Positions 12,361-24,526 of a DNA stretch of 64,000 nt are shown here, one piece after another. Under the pieces are notes generated by a model. It was given only the letters and a program-made list of their open reading frames with translations, did not search any database and had not been told where the DNA came from. Position numbers and translations under genes: made by a program. Positions within the stretch are counted from its first letter, which is position 1; each line of letters starts with the position of its first letter. The DNA is from Azolla caroliniana (taxonomy: Eukaryota; Plantae; Polypodiophyta), in the NCBI GenBank assembly GCA_043228905.1, contig JBHGNT010000005.1:21514001-21578000 (forward strand). Reading direction: 5' to 3'.

Positions 12361-12679
12361 AGCGTTCTCTTTCACATGAGATAGAATGACAAAAACACGA
12401 AGACAGCAAGAGTTCCAAGGCCCAATGTTTCAATCCTTTCCTCACAATTTCTCCGTGTATAAATTGTTTTGCCTTGTGTATAACTCGTATGAACATGAAT
12501 TCCTTCATTGCAAACCAAGAGAACATGATTTGAATCCACACACTCACACTCACACTACTCACAAGGTGATGTACGAATGAACAAGTGTTAGAACAAGACA
12601 AACAATTAGTCATTTGAATTAAGCCAAGAGATAAGAGACGAGATAGGAAATAGTTGATGTTTTTTGACAATTTAAGTAA

Positions 12680-13090
12680 GAGGGTTTAGGGTTTTGCAAC
12701 AATTAGTCATTTAAATTAAGATGAGAGATACGATGTAGTTGGTGCTTTTCTATGTTGACAGCACTTGACCCCTTTCTTAGATTGTTGCAAGTTTGGTGTC
12801 ATTCAACATCTTTGTGACTTTCCCCAAGATGGGGATGTGACAGAGGAGGTTTTCCACCTTCAAGTGCACTCATGGATGGTTAGGGTTTGCGACAATTAGT
12901 CATTTGAATTAAGCCAAAAGATAGGATGTAGTTGATGTTTTTCAATTTGGAGTGCACTAGATCCCCTTTCTTACATTGTCGCAAGGTTGGTGCCAAGGTC
13001 ATGGTTTCATTCAACATCTTTGTGACGTTCCCCTAGATGGGGATGTGGCAAAGGAGGTTTTCCACCTACAAGTGCATTCACAGATGGTCC
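12680..13090. repeat. Tandem duplication, two units of about 200 bp (third partial copy near 12600)
   Basis: ACAATTAGTCATTT.AATTAAG occurs at about 12602, 12699 and 12892. CATTCAACATCTTTGTGAC..TCCC..AGATGGGGATGTG...GGAGGTTTTCCACCT.CAAGTGCA occurs twice. Confidence 0.75.
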
Positions 13091-14329
13091 TATCTTAGAA
13101 TGGGGTTTTAGGGTTTAGGAATCAAGCTTGGTTGAGGAAGGTGCCAAATCAACTTCCTAGAGTTGTCACGAAAGTGCAAGATACATGCTCATTTGGAGGA
13201 GGCACATGACCTTTGAAGTAGGAATGAGGTTCTTCGAGATCAAGACGTTCTGATGACATTATGAAAATACAATTAAAACCTCAAAGATTCAAATGAAAAG
13301 CTCATGTAATAGGTTAATTGCAAGAAGCAAAAGTCAATTGTTTAGAAGAGTGATTATAGAATTCTTCAAACCAACATAATATAATAACAATCTAAGATGC
13401 AATCTATTGTAAAAGGGATACAACTATGATTATAGAACTCACGAACTATAGCTTACAATAACAAATAACTAGAATAAAAACGAGGTGATTCGCCTTAGGA
13501 ACAAGGAGTTATAGAGTTGTAATTATAGAACTCAATAAAAATCTCACAAACGATAGCTGATGCCCAGTTGATTACCATCATCGATTACTCCTTCAATCGT
13601 AGAAAACAAGATTGCTGAATTTTGTTCGAGGGCGGCGACTCTATCTCAACAACTAACAATTGACATCCCACCTATTCCGAATACATGATGAGCCATGACA
13701 TATGTGTTCAATGTTTTCTAAATTGATTCGGGTGTCAACAAACTCTTGTTGAAGGAAACACGCTAGCTATTATAGTAGACATCCAACTCCCTAGCAAGGA
13801 GATAACATAGTTTTTCATATATTTTTAGCAATTTCTTTGTAAACTCCTACATTGCCTCCATGTGGAAGATGTAAAGAGCACCTCCCTCTCCACATGCACA
13901 ACCAACATGGTGGTCAATTTCCCTATCATAGGATTTGAGGGTCTAATTAACTTAGTCTTTTAATTGGATTGCATTTGAAACTAATCATGGAAAGCCTCCA
14001 CCATGCTCTTAGGGAAGATCGATTACATCTACTTTCATCTTCTTCTTTTAATACTTCTTCTTCCATCTTCTTCACGTGCATGAAGGACCATGTTAGATAG
14101 CCATGCAACTCAACCAAATCACGATGGTCCTTCGACAACTTCAATTGGAGAAGTGTTATCCAAGAGCCCTTACATGGGCTCCAAATAAATGCACCTATGA
14201 TATATACCAACTAATAATTCCACATAAATCCTAGATGCTAATCTCTAGAACCATCCATGGACATCCCACTAATAATCAGTCTAATCTCATGATTACCATG
14301 TCATATAGAGATTCAAACCCATGACATTG

Positions 14330-15000
14330 CGCTAGTGCCTTCTATGTAGATGACATTCTTATAGGTGATTTTTCCATGATTACCATGTCATAAGAAATCC
14401 AAATGTTCTACATAGAGTATCAAAACAATAAGCATGTCATCTACATAGAGTATCAATTCAGATTTTGATACTCTATGTAGATTTTTCTCCAACGATGAGT
14501 TGTCCATATTTAAGATGATACTGATAATATATTTAAGTTGCACTAGGGATGAGTGTCTATGTTTTGGTGGTGGTAATGTATCTATTATTGGATACATAGA
14601 CTCCGACTATGATGTTCTGACCATAGAAAGTCTACTTCAAGGTACATGTTTCAACTTATGGGAGTTGCCATCACTTGGAGATCTCGTCTCCAAGAATGTA
14701 CTACTTTATCTACTACATAAGTAGAGTTATGTTACCAACTCGTGATGCATGTAAGGTAACTTTCTAGACTAGATTGTGACATGGGCGTATCTTAGGCTGT
14801 ACCTAGTTTGCAGTGCCATAGCTTTAGCTAAAAGTCCGGCAGAGAATAATCACATGGGACTACGATACCATTTCATTGTGGAATGCACAACTGCGGGCTG
14901 CATTGGAGTCGGGAAGGTCATTTCTTGAGAAAATGCCACAAAGGCATTGGCCAAAGCATTACCGCGTGACACGTTGGGGCATCTATTGTCAGTTGATGCT
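14330..15000 (+). pseudogene. Highly decayed copia RT/RNase H remnant
   Basis: YVDD-coding stretch at about 14343 with an inverted copy at about 14430. CLCFGGGNVSIIGYIDSDY and RKSTS..TWRS..LST-like motifs. Confidence 0.6.
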
Positions 15001-16095
15001 TCCAAGTTAAGCAGTGTGTTTCCTAAAGTATACTGAGCAACATGGTATTGGGCCTTGGCCATGTCTGCTATTTGTTTCGGTTGCTACATATGTATGTAGT
15101 GTGAAAAGGGCCAAAAACATAGTTTCCTAAAACAATAATCATGGCTATATCTTGTCTGTTTATGCTCTGTTCTTTGCTGTATGTGCTCTCTGCAGGTCTT
15201 GATTCTTTAAACAAGCTGTTCGGCCCCTACATTCCCATTACTAGCAGCACGATCTGGGAATGTTACGAAGGTATTTCTTGCTGATCACTGTGTTGAATCT
15301 CTCCACTGTATATTTCTTGTTTGTTGACCCTTATAGGGACTTATAACACATAGAAGTGCCTCCCAATTTCTTTCCCTAGTAATGTACATTCAAAATCGGA
15401 TTTATAACATAGGAGTTGTTAAATTCTGACAATATGAGGAGGGAATCCAATGATTTTCTGTTTAAAAGAAAGTGCCAACACAATACATGATTTCATTCTA
15501 GATGTCTTTTATCTTTTATGCAAGACACACAAGCTAAGAGACATAGACCCTCTCATGGGTGTTCTTAACAGCAACATAACTTTATTCTGTGCATGCAGTG
15601 CTAGAAGCACACGATTCCAGATACATTTAACTTTTTGTGGAAGGTAACATGAAAAGCAACATAAAATCTTTTATGGGTGCGAATATAAGGCCCTTTCATG
15701 TGTGGAAGGCCATGATACTTTATTTTTGTGCATGCAATGGCAGCAAAAAATGTGTAAGAAAAACAAACTAAAAGATAAACCCTGTTATGGGTGTCCATAA
15801 AAGGCACTTCAATGTCTGGAAGGACATAGGACATTATTTTGGGGCGTCTGATGCCAACTAGACATGCATTGGCTCCACATACCTTAAGCTTTTATGGAAG
15901 AGAACCAAGAATAATGAAATTTATGGGTGTCCATAATAGGCTTTTCTATGCATGGAACACCGTGAGACTTTATTCGTGTGCTTTCGGCACACTCGTAATA
16001 TAAATAATGGTGCATGTTGTTTAGTAAGTAGCTCAATCGTTGAGACTGTATTTATCTTATTATCGGTGCCATCTTATGTTATTGCAGGATGTAGA

Positions 16096-18003
16096 TTATG
16101 AATTTTTATTGGAGATTTCTGCATTCAGGACCCAGGTGGAGGGAGTGTGGGTGCTATTCCTAAACTGAAATCCCAAACCCTTGAGTTCTTTCCTCCTTTG
16201 GGATGGCAATGTATCATAAGCTGTATTGTGCAAAGCCACAAGATCGGTGTTTAAGTGCGTTGTCAAATTAGCATTGATATATGTGCAGCGGGAGATGTCT
16301 CCGATTTCATATGGGAGGCTGTTGATGTAAGGGATGCATTTGATGAACAACCGAATCTCTTGGGAAAGCACATCCGTAAACAATCGCACCATAAAGATCA
16401 CTAATGTGATGGCACCAGCAGCTGCACCAGGAATTGTGCTGCTTAACATAAGCTTCTGATAATATGTCATTTTGCTTGTTAGTGTGGCGGAGAACCCTGC
16501 ACTCGCAAATGCCGTCGTGACGGCTCCAAGAGATATCGCGAAGAAGAATGCAGAGATCACCAATTCCACCCTCACTTGATTGACGATGACACCCACATAC
16601 TTGGTGGGTGTGGGGAGTAGCGCGGCTATGGTCACGCACATAGCTGCCACAGCAGAATAGAAGGACACACCATTGCTCACCCAGAAGATCTTCATCTGGG
16701 TCTTCTCGAATGCCGTCTGTGATGGGAGCTGCAACCACCCAGCAAAGGTCACACTCCCTATCAATGCTGCTCCCACCAGTATTGCATTGAGTACTTGCAC
16801 ATAAACCTCCCTGTCCCTGAACAACTTGTCTTCGGACTCCTTGAACGGTGGCCTTCCTCTCAGTAACTCCATTGCTTCTTGGTTGTTGTCTTCAAATGCT
16901 ATCTGGAGTGCTGTCCTCCCTTTTGCATCTTCAATGCTTGGGCTTGGCCTCAAATGAGGAAATTTGACAAGCTTCTCCACTATGTCTGCCCTCTTGTGCA
17001 CCACAGCCCAGTGTAGACATGTGCGCTTGTACTTCTCATCCCATTGATTCTCTGTCAGAAGTCCACTTTCCAGGAGAAACTCAAAGACCACATATTTCTC
17101 AGCATACAGAGCCAGATATGTAGGAAGCCCTTGTTTACCACCAAGCATCTCTAATTCCTTCCTCATGGAACCTTCGTTCATGGTGAAGTTCTTAGTGTTT
17201 TCTCTCTCAAGCTTCTTTATGTCATCCTTGAGTTTTTCGAGGGCCACTTTCTTTAACTTTTGGCGAAGGTCATCTAGAGTGATCTTCACCTTGGCAGGAC
17301 TCACTTTGCTCAATGCAACCAGTTTATCGAAGAAATCTCTCTGACCATACATAAGGGCAGTCATCCCAACCTCTCCATTGATCAATGCCTTGTGTGTGTC
17401 GGTATAGATGGCATCGATGCTCCACTTAAGGGCCTTTACGGCTGTTTTATTCCCTACCTTGGCAGCTGTCCCCAAGAATGTTGCTCCATCCCTATCTCTG
17501 AGGAGAAGATTCTCTGAGCATGCCATGGAGATCAATTGAGAGAAGAGATCCGTGGATTCTGTCTTCCTTAGGTGCAAGGACGCATAATGAAGGATGGATT
17601 TTCCAGTGGCATCTACTGTCCCAATATTGGGGTTTGTAGTTTTGCCCAAGGAATATACTTCCCTACGCTCCTGCTTTTGCAGAAATGTATTATTTGGGCA
17701 AGAGAGTAGCGTTTTGAGCATTTCCCCATCACAACAATAACTGATGGGCATGTCTCCACAGTCATTGAGGATGGTGAGGCTCGCTCCCCTCTCCACCAAA
17801 GCCTTAGCTGTGTCTTTGTGTCTGTAAAGGATAGCAAGGTGCAAGGGTGTGTTTTTCTGTGGACCCTCACTATGTATTAAGTTCACTGAACCATTGTAAC
17901 TGCTGAGGATGTAGATAACCATTTGGGTGTCCCCATTGGCTGCATGCTTGTGAAGATCATGGATGCCTTCCAAATCTGTGATTTCTGGTCCTGATCCTTC
18001 CAT
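16096..18003 (-). CDS. Ankyrin-repeat protein with C-terminal PGG-like transmembrane domain (ACD6/ITN1-like), intronless, 635 aa
   Basis: Ankyrin motifs LHKHAANGD, NTPLHLAI, GKSILHYA, TCLHWAV, GRTALQIA. LVGAALIGSVTFAGWLQLP (PGG-domain start) is followed by about four hydrophobic helices. Uninterrupted ORF; TATA-like TATATAAG upstream on minus at about 18091-18098. Confidence 0.88.
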   Translation of the reverse strand: MEGSGPEITDLEGIHDLHKHAANGDTQMVIYILSSYNGSVNLIHSEGPQKNTPLHLAILYRHKDTAKALVERGASLTILNDCGDMPISYCCDGEMLKTLLSCPNNTFLQKQERREVYSLGKTTNPNIGTVDATGKSILHYASLHLRKTESTDLFSQLISMACSENLLLRDRDGATFLGTAAKVGNKTAVKALKWSIDAIYTDTHKALINGEVGMTALMYGQRDFFDKLVALSKVSPAKVKITLDDLRQKLKKVALEKLKDDIKKLERENTKNFTMNEGSMRKELEMLGGKQGLPTYLALYAEKYVVFEFLLESGLLTENQWDEKYKRTCLHWAVVHKRADIVEKLVKFPHLRPSPSIEDAKGRTALQIAFEDNNQEAMELLRGRPPFKESEDKLFRDREVYVQVLNAILVGAALIGSVTFAGWLQLPSQTAFEKTQMKIFWVSNGVSFYSAVAAMCVTIAALLPTPTKYVGVIVNQVRVELVISAFFFAISLGAVTTAFASAGFSATLTSKMTYYQKLMLSSTIPGAAAGAITLVIFMVRLFTDVLSQEIRLFIKCIPYINSLPYEIGDISRCTYINANLTTHLNTDLVALHNTAYDTLPSQRRKELKGLGFQFRNSTHTPSTWVLNAEISNKNS

Positions 18004-20195
18004 TGTTGTTCGCGGATGAGGCTCACTAGGTGGAGTATTTCTGGCTAGGATTTAGATAATTAATGGTTAATCAGCTTGCAGAAAGTTCAACTTATATAGA
18101 TGAAATTTTCTGAGAAGCAAAACAGGGGTTCAGAGAGATGAAAAACAGAAATAATTTATTGTGATAATCTTGGTTGGAAGAATCAAAACTAGGCTATTGG
18201 CATCGAGCATTACTATTAGCATGCATTGACTGAATGATATCAAATAAAATATTGGGTGTAATCATCAATCACACTATAATAGCAATGGCAGAATGGTCAA
18301 TGATTCATTAGTACATCCAATTATTGCAATCATCATCTGTCATTTCATGGAGTCTTTACCCAAATGTTCCTATCATCTCCTTTTATCTGACTTTTTCTCT
18401 ACATTTTTGCTGTTTATGCAAATGCCATGGGTCAAACCTCAAAAAGGAGAAAGGGTGGGTGAGTTCCTTAATTGCTTAAGTAGCATAGAAAGTGGGAATG
18501 AGTTGACCTTGAAGTGCTACTACTAATGCCATGAGCTAATGATATCAAATAATTCAAAATAATTGATTAACACATCCAATTCTTGCAGCATGCATGCCAC
18601 TTGGACACGACTTTCTTTCAAACTCAGTAATTGTGTTGTTTGTATGGGAAATTTGATCATGATTGGATGTTTTTGGTCTTGTTTCCACTCTTAATATGAT
18701 AAAGTTATATTATTAGAAACAAAGTATAAGTTGACCTGGAAAGATGCATATGAAAGTACAAAGCCGTTTGTACGTATATGCACCGAACCTTAAGAGTTCG
18801 ATCTCGGGTTTTGGTCTAATTGATTATTTTAACAGCTAAAAGGAAGAACAGCACGAAAAGTGTCGATATTTGCAAAAATATGTTAATTTGGTATTATTTA
18901 GCTTTGTGAAAAAATTGGATGTATTTTTGCTTTGTAACTACATAGTTTTAGACTTTGAAAATTGATATCCATGAATCTACAAGGTGATGTTTTTAAAGGG
19001 AGAATATTTACATTACGTATCTCATTAGGGGATAGATTTGGTTCATCAAATGTTTTGAGCTAGAATTGGAAGAAATGGTAGCCATTCCATCATTTTTAGA
19101 TGTTTTAAATCAGCTCATGAATGCAAATCTTGATTTCGATATGTCGAGAGTTATTTTGTTCATTATAATACTTTTAGACTTGGAAACACTTTTGGTTTCT
19201 TTGAGCAATAATTCTAGTCTCACATAAGATGGTGCAAGAGGATTTTGTGATCAATGAAAACCTAGTGGGGAATTCGTGATCTAGCATATAAGCCGAAAAA
19301 TTTGTAAAAAATTGTTTTTCTAAAAATATACTTCTGTTAAATATTGTTTATTGACGCATTTTAATTGTAATTTATCTTAATTATCATGTAATTGGCCTCC
19401 AATACAACCATCGATAGGCTGCTCCTTAATACAAAATAAGATCAATCAAAGAGAAAGAGAGAGCTATTGAGAGAAAGACCATAGTTTTTATGTGTTCGTT
19501 GTATACAAAAATAAGATCACTCAAAACATCGAAGAGGAGAACAATTTTTTGTAAAAGGGTTCCATTTCTATGATCAAGTTTACAAAGAGATGTCTACTAA
19601 CAAATGAGTTGGATTCAAACATGAATTTTGTATCAAGTTCCAATAAGGCGTTACAAACTATCCAAGGATTATTTGGAATATCTCATAGATCAAGAATCTA
19701 AAATGACTAGAAAAACAAGAATGTAAATTATTGAGTGCCATTTCATTCCAAAAACATATGCCAATGTAAAAGAATTTCCTTGATAAAACTATAGCATTAC
19801 ATAGAGAAATTAACCGCAAATTCTCTTAATTACCCATATAAAAACTACTTCAGATGGTCACTTGAAGAAGATGGTGGAACAGGAGGCAAATGATAATAAT
19901 AATATCTTTAACTCTCACATCTCGACAGAGAACCACTACCTGTGACAAAATTCAAGAGTAGGGTTTTTAGGGTTTAGGCATAAATGAACAAATGAAAGCA
20001 CAAAAGAGTCACTTTAGAGATATTTGTTGTGAAACTGTTTAAATCAGCTTCGACACAATCTTGTACTTCTTGAGCCATCAACTTCAAGGCTTCATCTGGA
20101 TCAAGGGGCCTTTCTCACAACAGTATCTTGTAGAATTTTCAATGAAATCTTATGGCCAAACAGAAGACATTAGCTAAAAATTTCAGGTTATCACA

Positions 20196-20899
20196 TGTTG
20201 TGTAAAATTGTCCCTCCTTACGGGGGAGTCGGCTGAAAAGCCGAAATCGACCAAAACAGCCGAACCGTGCCAATAGTTGAAGGGAACTCGAATGTGTATA
20301 CACATATACACACACTTCTATTCACATATGTGTGTATGTGGGTTAGCATATATATATGCTAAGAGGCCTTCACTGACTTTGTGTGTGGGATAAATGACCC
20401 AGAGTAAAAGTAGTGAGTGTAGCTATATACATATTGTAAACTCAAGTGAGTGGATTATTATTGAGTGTGTTTTTGGCGCGAGAGGGTGTAGAGCGAAAAA
20501 CGAGTTGCAGAAGAGAAGTGTGACTTAGAGAACGATTGCGTATATACACAGTAGTGGATGTGAGAACGTAATAGAAAAAGCTGAGTGTGTGTGAAGAAAA
20601 AGGAGAAGAACAAAAGGGAAGAAAGACAAGAACTGAGAAGCCAAGGGAGTTTCGAACGGGAAAGACACCTATGCATTAGGGTTTGGTATGCTCATCTAAA
20701 ATCGTGGTATCAGAGAACATTCAGACCAGTACAGGTTCTTTTATTCAGTGGTTGTATTCTGTCTTTCTATCATAATGAAATTTCTGTTCTGTGGTTTTTC
20801 CCTGAAATCAGGGTTTTCCACGTAAATCTTGTTTTACTCTTTATTTTCAGTTTCTGTCTAAGGTTATTTTGTAATCCTTGTCTGAGTGAAAACTTATCA
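20196..20899 (+). mobile_element. Solo LTR (copia-type), 704 bp
   Basis: TGTTGTG...TTATCA flanked by a perfect 5-bp TSD TCACA (20191-20195 and 20900-20904). Contains a GGTTTTTCCC..GGGTTTTCCACGTAAA motif also seen in the other copia LTRs here. Confidence 0.85.
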
Positions 20900-21738
20900 T
20901 CACATTTGGAATGCTAGAAGTATGGGTTTTATATCTTTAGTACATATATAAACAAATTTGGCATGCATGATTCAAAATTACCATGTCTGGTATAATGATA
21001 GTAACCCATTAGAAACCGTGATGAATGTCTAGACATACAAGTGAACCATTTCCTAAACTCAATCTCATTGTCGGGTTTGTGCCATTTGAAGAGCCTTTAA
21101 CAGAGAAACTCCCTTTTACCTCCCTGTGCTTTGATCAACAGTTAAGCCATCCATTCTTTTTTGTCTATGGAAATCTCAGCCTTAAGTATTACTGCATGGT
21201 GTGATGTAGACATTACTGTTGCCTTAGAACCATAAATCAACGGTAAAGCTTCAACAAGCATACCCTGTTACAACAATCTTACATGAAATACTTAAATTTC
21301 TGGTTTTGAAGAAGAATCAATTCACTGATGTGTCTTGTGCATTTCCTGTCTTAGAGCACTTAGATTTTGATGGTGGCTGGGCCAATCATTGCATACATAC
21401 AACTGCCAACAATTGAAGCATATGGAATATTGGCCATCACAACCTTTTCATGATTAGATGTAGGGATTGCTCTACTCTGAGTTTCACATATGGAGAGGCA
21501 ATTGAACCCATATGTCGCACATGCTTAGGCGTGAAGACAGGACCATACTGAAAACCGCAATTGCACGATGCCAATACATACCTGCAGTGTCAGATGCGTA
21601 ATTGCCCCCTAGAGGGACACCCTCATCATAAGTTGTGTTTTTTTAATGGCAACATTAGATTTGCTTTTATTCTCTGGTTTGATGTATTGTACGTTGAGAT
21701 ATCACATTTGATTGGATGTCTGAGAAATTAAAGAGAGA

Positions 21739-22180
21739 GGTAAGGTTGCCCAATGGAGACTAGGTGGTCATGGGTTCAACCCCTACATTCCACATTCCAC
21801 AGTGGCATCTAGTGAAATAGAGATATATATGAAGTATATAATAGAGAGGTGAGGAAATTGGGTTTCAAACCCAAGACGCAGTGCTGGTAGTGTTATCGAC
21901 TTACCACTAGGTTAAGCTAATTATGATAAAAGAGAGTGAGTGAGTGAGTGAGTGTGTGTGTTTGTCGCCCATATAGATGTAGCTCAGTTGGTAAGGTTGC
22001 CCAATGGAGACCAGGTGGTCATGGGTTCAACCCCTACATTCCACAGTGGCATCTTCTTAGTGAATTAAGTGATATATATGAAGTATATAATAGAGAGAAG
22101 TGAGAAAATTGGGTTTTGAACCCAAGCTGTAGTGCTTGTAGTGTTAACAATTTACAACTAGGGTAAGCTAAATACGATAA
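21739..22180 (+). repeat. Two tandem copies of a bipartite tRNA-derived (SINE-like) repeat in GA/GT microsatellite
   Basis: A-box-like TAGCTCAGTTGGTAAGG and B-box-like GGTTCAACCCC, then an AT-rich spacer and a second tRNA-like module on the opposite strand. The first copy is 5'-truncated. A third copy is at 36927-37129. Confidence 0.7.
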
Positions 22181-22610
22181 AAAAGAGAGAAATATATTGA
22201 CACCTAGGCAGTGAATGTTTGCACAATTTACACAGGTTGACCCAAAATCAGTGATGGAGATCGTTTTTCTATTTTTGAGATATTGGGGATTGCGTCATAA
22301 TTGGAATATGCGCAACACTTTTGTATTCGACAGTAGACATGGAGTGAAAGCATATCTACGAAAATTGAAGGGAGTACTAATGTGACAATTTTCTTTATTG
22401 GATCTAGTGGAAATTCTTTCTTCAGTGGAGTGTTCGTCTTCCCTATTGGCAATTCAACACGTTCCAGTACCCATGTAGAGTAGTGTAGCTAGTGAGTGAC
22501 CATACTCCATTGTCACACCTATTGTAAGTAGTACTTTTTACACACATTTATTAATATAATTGTATGTTTTCACCAAAGAGAGAAAGAGAGAGAGAGAGAG
22601 AAAGAGAGAG

Positions 22611-24134
22611 CAAAATTGTGGCACCGAAGACTGCCCGAAAAGGAAAATGAGCCCGAAGTACTCGAGTTCGTCAAAGATGAGGAGGAAGATAATCAACTCG
22701 AAGTAATTCCTCTAGGTAGCTAGATTGCCTTGGGAATCCTCACCTCAGAATAAAATCGGATTTGAGAAAATATTGCGAAGACTAAGCTTGTCCGTAAGGG
22801 ACAAATGTTTCATTTACCGATTTGTTCTATTCAGAGGCCACGAATTGATCTAGAAAAGGGGCGCCGGGCTCTAGAGATAAGAGAGCCGCATTCAATGAAT
22901 GTGCGGAATTTGAAAAGAAAAATATAGATCAATCCACATGCTAATGTTGTGCCATTCTTAGTAATGGTAGACCCAGATCAATGCCCAACTGTAGCGGACT
23001 TCAAGTAAAGTTCGGCAGATGATTACACATACTACGTAATTGGAGGATCCCACTCTGCTTAAGCCCAACGTCAACTTGTTAAGGAGTATCCTCTTACCCC
23101 CTTCTTCAAATATGCAGAATGTAAAGTGTATGTTGGTCTTACACATGAAAAAGCCAAGTTGCTAGCTTGGGACCACAATAATGATAATGACTATAGCCAA
23201 AAGATGTCATGTATAGGGCGCATCAGGTTCTTTCATCACGAGTACCTTGATACTTTGTAAAGATTTGGTCCTAGGCTGCATCGTGGATTGTGACGACAAT
23301 GTCTACTTAAAGTTGGGATAACAGTTGACAAAAGCACAAAGTCTGAAGGCATGGGAAAGTACTACTCATAGTTTCAACTTGCTTTCAAAACATGGCAGGT
23401 GTGGAACCTCCAAGATCGAATATTCAATATGACATTGTAGGAGCGAAAAAAAACAAAGGGTCAATGATCAAAGAAGGTTAAGTTGGACCCTCAAGTGGAG
23501 ATGAAGTCTAAGTCACGTAAAAGTGACTTGGTGATAGAGGAACTAGCCGAGGACATGACGCTACTTCCTTGGCGGTCATTGCAAGGGATAAAAGATGACA
23601 GATTATTAATATTTGTATTATCAAGGGTGACTGCCAAGGAATTTAGCTTGGACCAAAAGTGAGTAATCTATGTGATGATTGTTTTTTATTGGATTGCTTT
23701 GTTAATTTGCTATTTATTCTAACCTTTATGTGTAATGTTTTTTAGCCATAAGGTTTATATGAAGTGATGGACGAAAAAGTTGTCCTTGCCTACGTGAGAT
23801 AAAGTGGAGCAGTCTTGCCCAAAAACATCATTGTACAAGGTTCTTGAAGAATTTTTCATTGTATTTAGAGAATGAGTATGTGTGTTTATATATTCCATAG
23901 TTGATATTAGGATAATGCGCATTTTCTTATAAATCATATAATTGCAGAAACTACCTCACTCCAAAAAATTGGGTGATGGCAATGAAGGCATTCCAAGTGC
24001 ATTCATCACCCATTTCGAACGAGCAATGTACAAAACGCGAATGACTAAAGGAAAGGAGCTAGAGGTGCCCGAAGATTCTAACACAATAAAGAGTTTTTTA
24101 CACAAGGCCAATCCTTTCCGACAGCTGTATTATA
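22611..24134 (+). pseudogene. Truncated copy 1 of the ParB-like/DNA methyltransferase gene
   Basis: Colinear with 33690-35209 (..YYVIGGSHSA.., CKVYVGLTHE.AKLLAWDHNNDND). Introns at the same positions (23659-23745 and 23876-23947). Many stops. Homology ends at 24134, just before the MTase core. Confidence 0.8.
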
Positions 24135-24526
24135 CACTCAGATGGGCTTTAATAACCACACCATTGACATCAATTGCTACCCACCACATGAAGTTTGATC
24201 AATTAACACTTAGTATCTACAATCATCTACAACACTAGGTCATTTGAAACAGGCAATATGTCACATTTTAAGAACTGTCCGTCAAAAAAAGGCACAAAGT
24301 ATGCCGTTTCACAAAAAGGGGTATTGCATGCGTAAAGGTTTTTGAAAATTGAATCAAAATATATTGATTTATACGATGTCCAAAAATTTAGGGCTTTCAA
24401 AAAATTGCCTAAATAATCGACACGTGAAATTTACAAGAGAACTAACAAAAATTACAAAATGGCTAACACTTATATTTATACATATTTGTGAGTCACCATC
24501 TTGATATAACATTCAATATTTACATT

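Noticed and set aside
12055-13090. CRISPR-like or regular spacer array
   Set aside because: These are whole-unit tandem duplications without unique spacers, in a eukaryotic context.
13560-14250. Possible decayed coding fragment on the minus strand
   Set aside because: No motif I can assign with confidence; many stops.
18600-20190. AT-rich region upstream of the ankyrin gene as a DNA-transposon remnant
   Set aside because: No termini, TSD or recognisable ORF found by eye.
20705-20715. TGGTATCAGAG Met-PBS-like motif inside the solo LTR
   Set aside because: Not preceded by an LTR end, and no second LTR or PPT is present to make a TRIM. The perfect TSD supports a single solo LTR.
21971-22050. 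Functional tRNA gene
   Set aside because: A and B boxes are present but there is no convincing acceptor or anticodon stem; treated as a tRNA-derived repeat.
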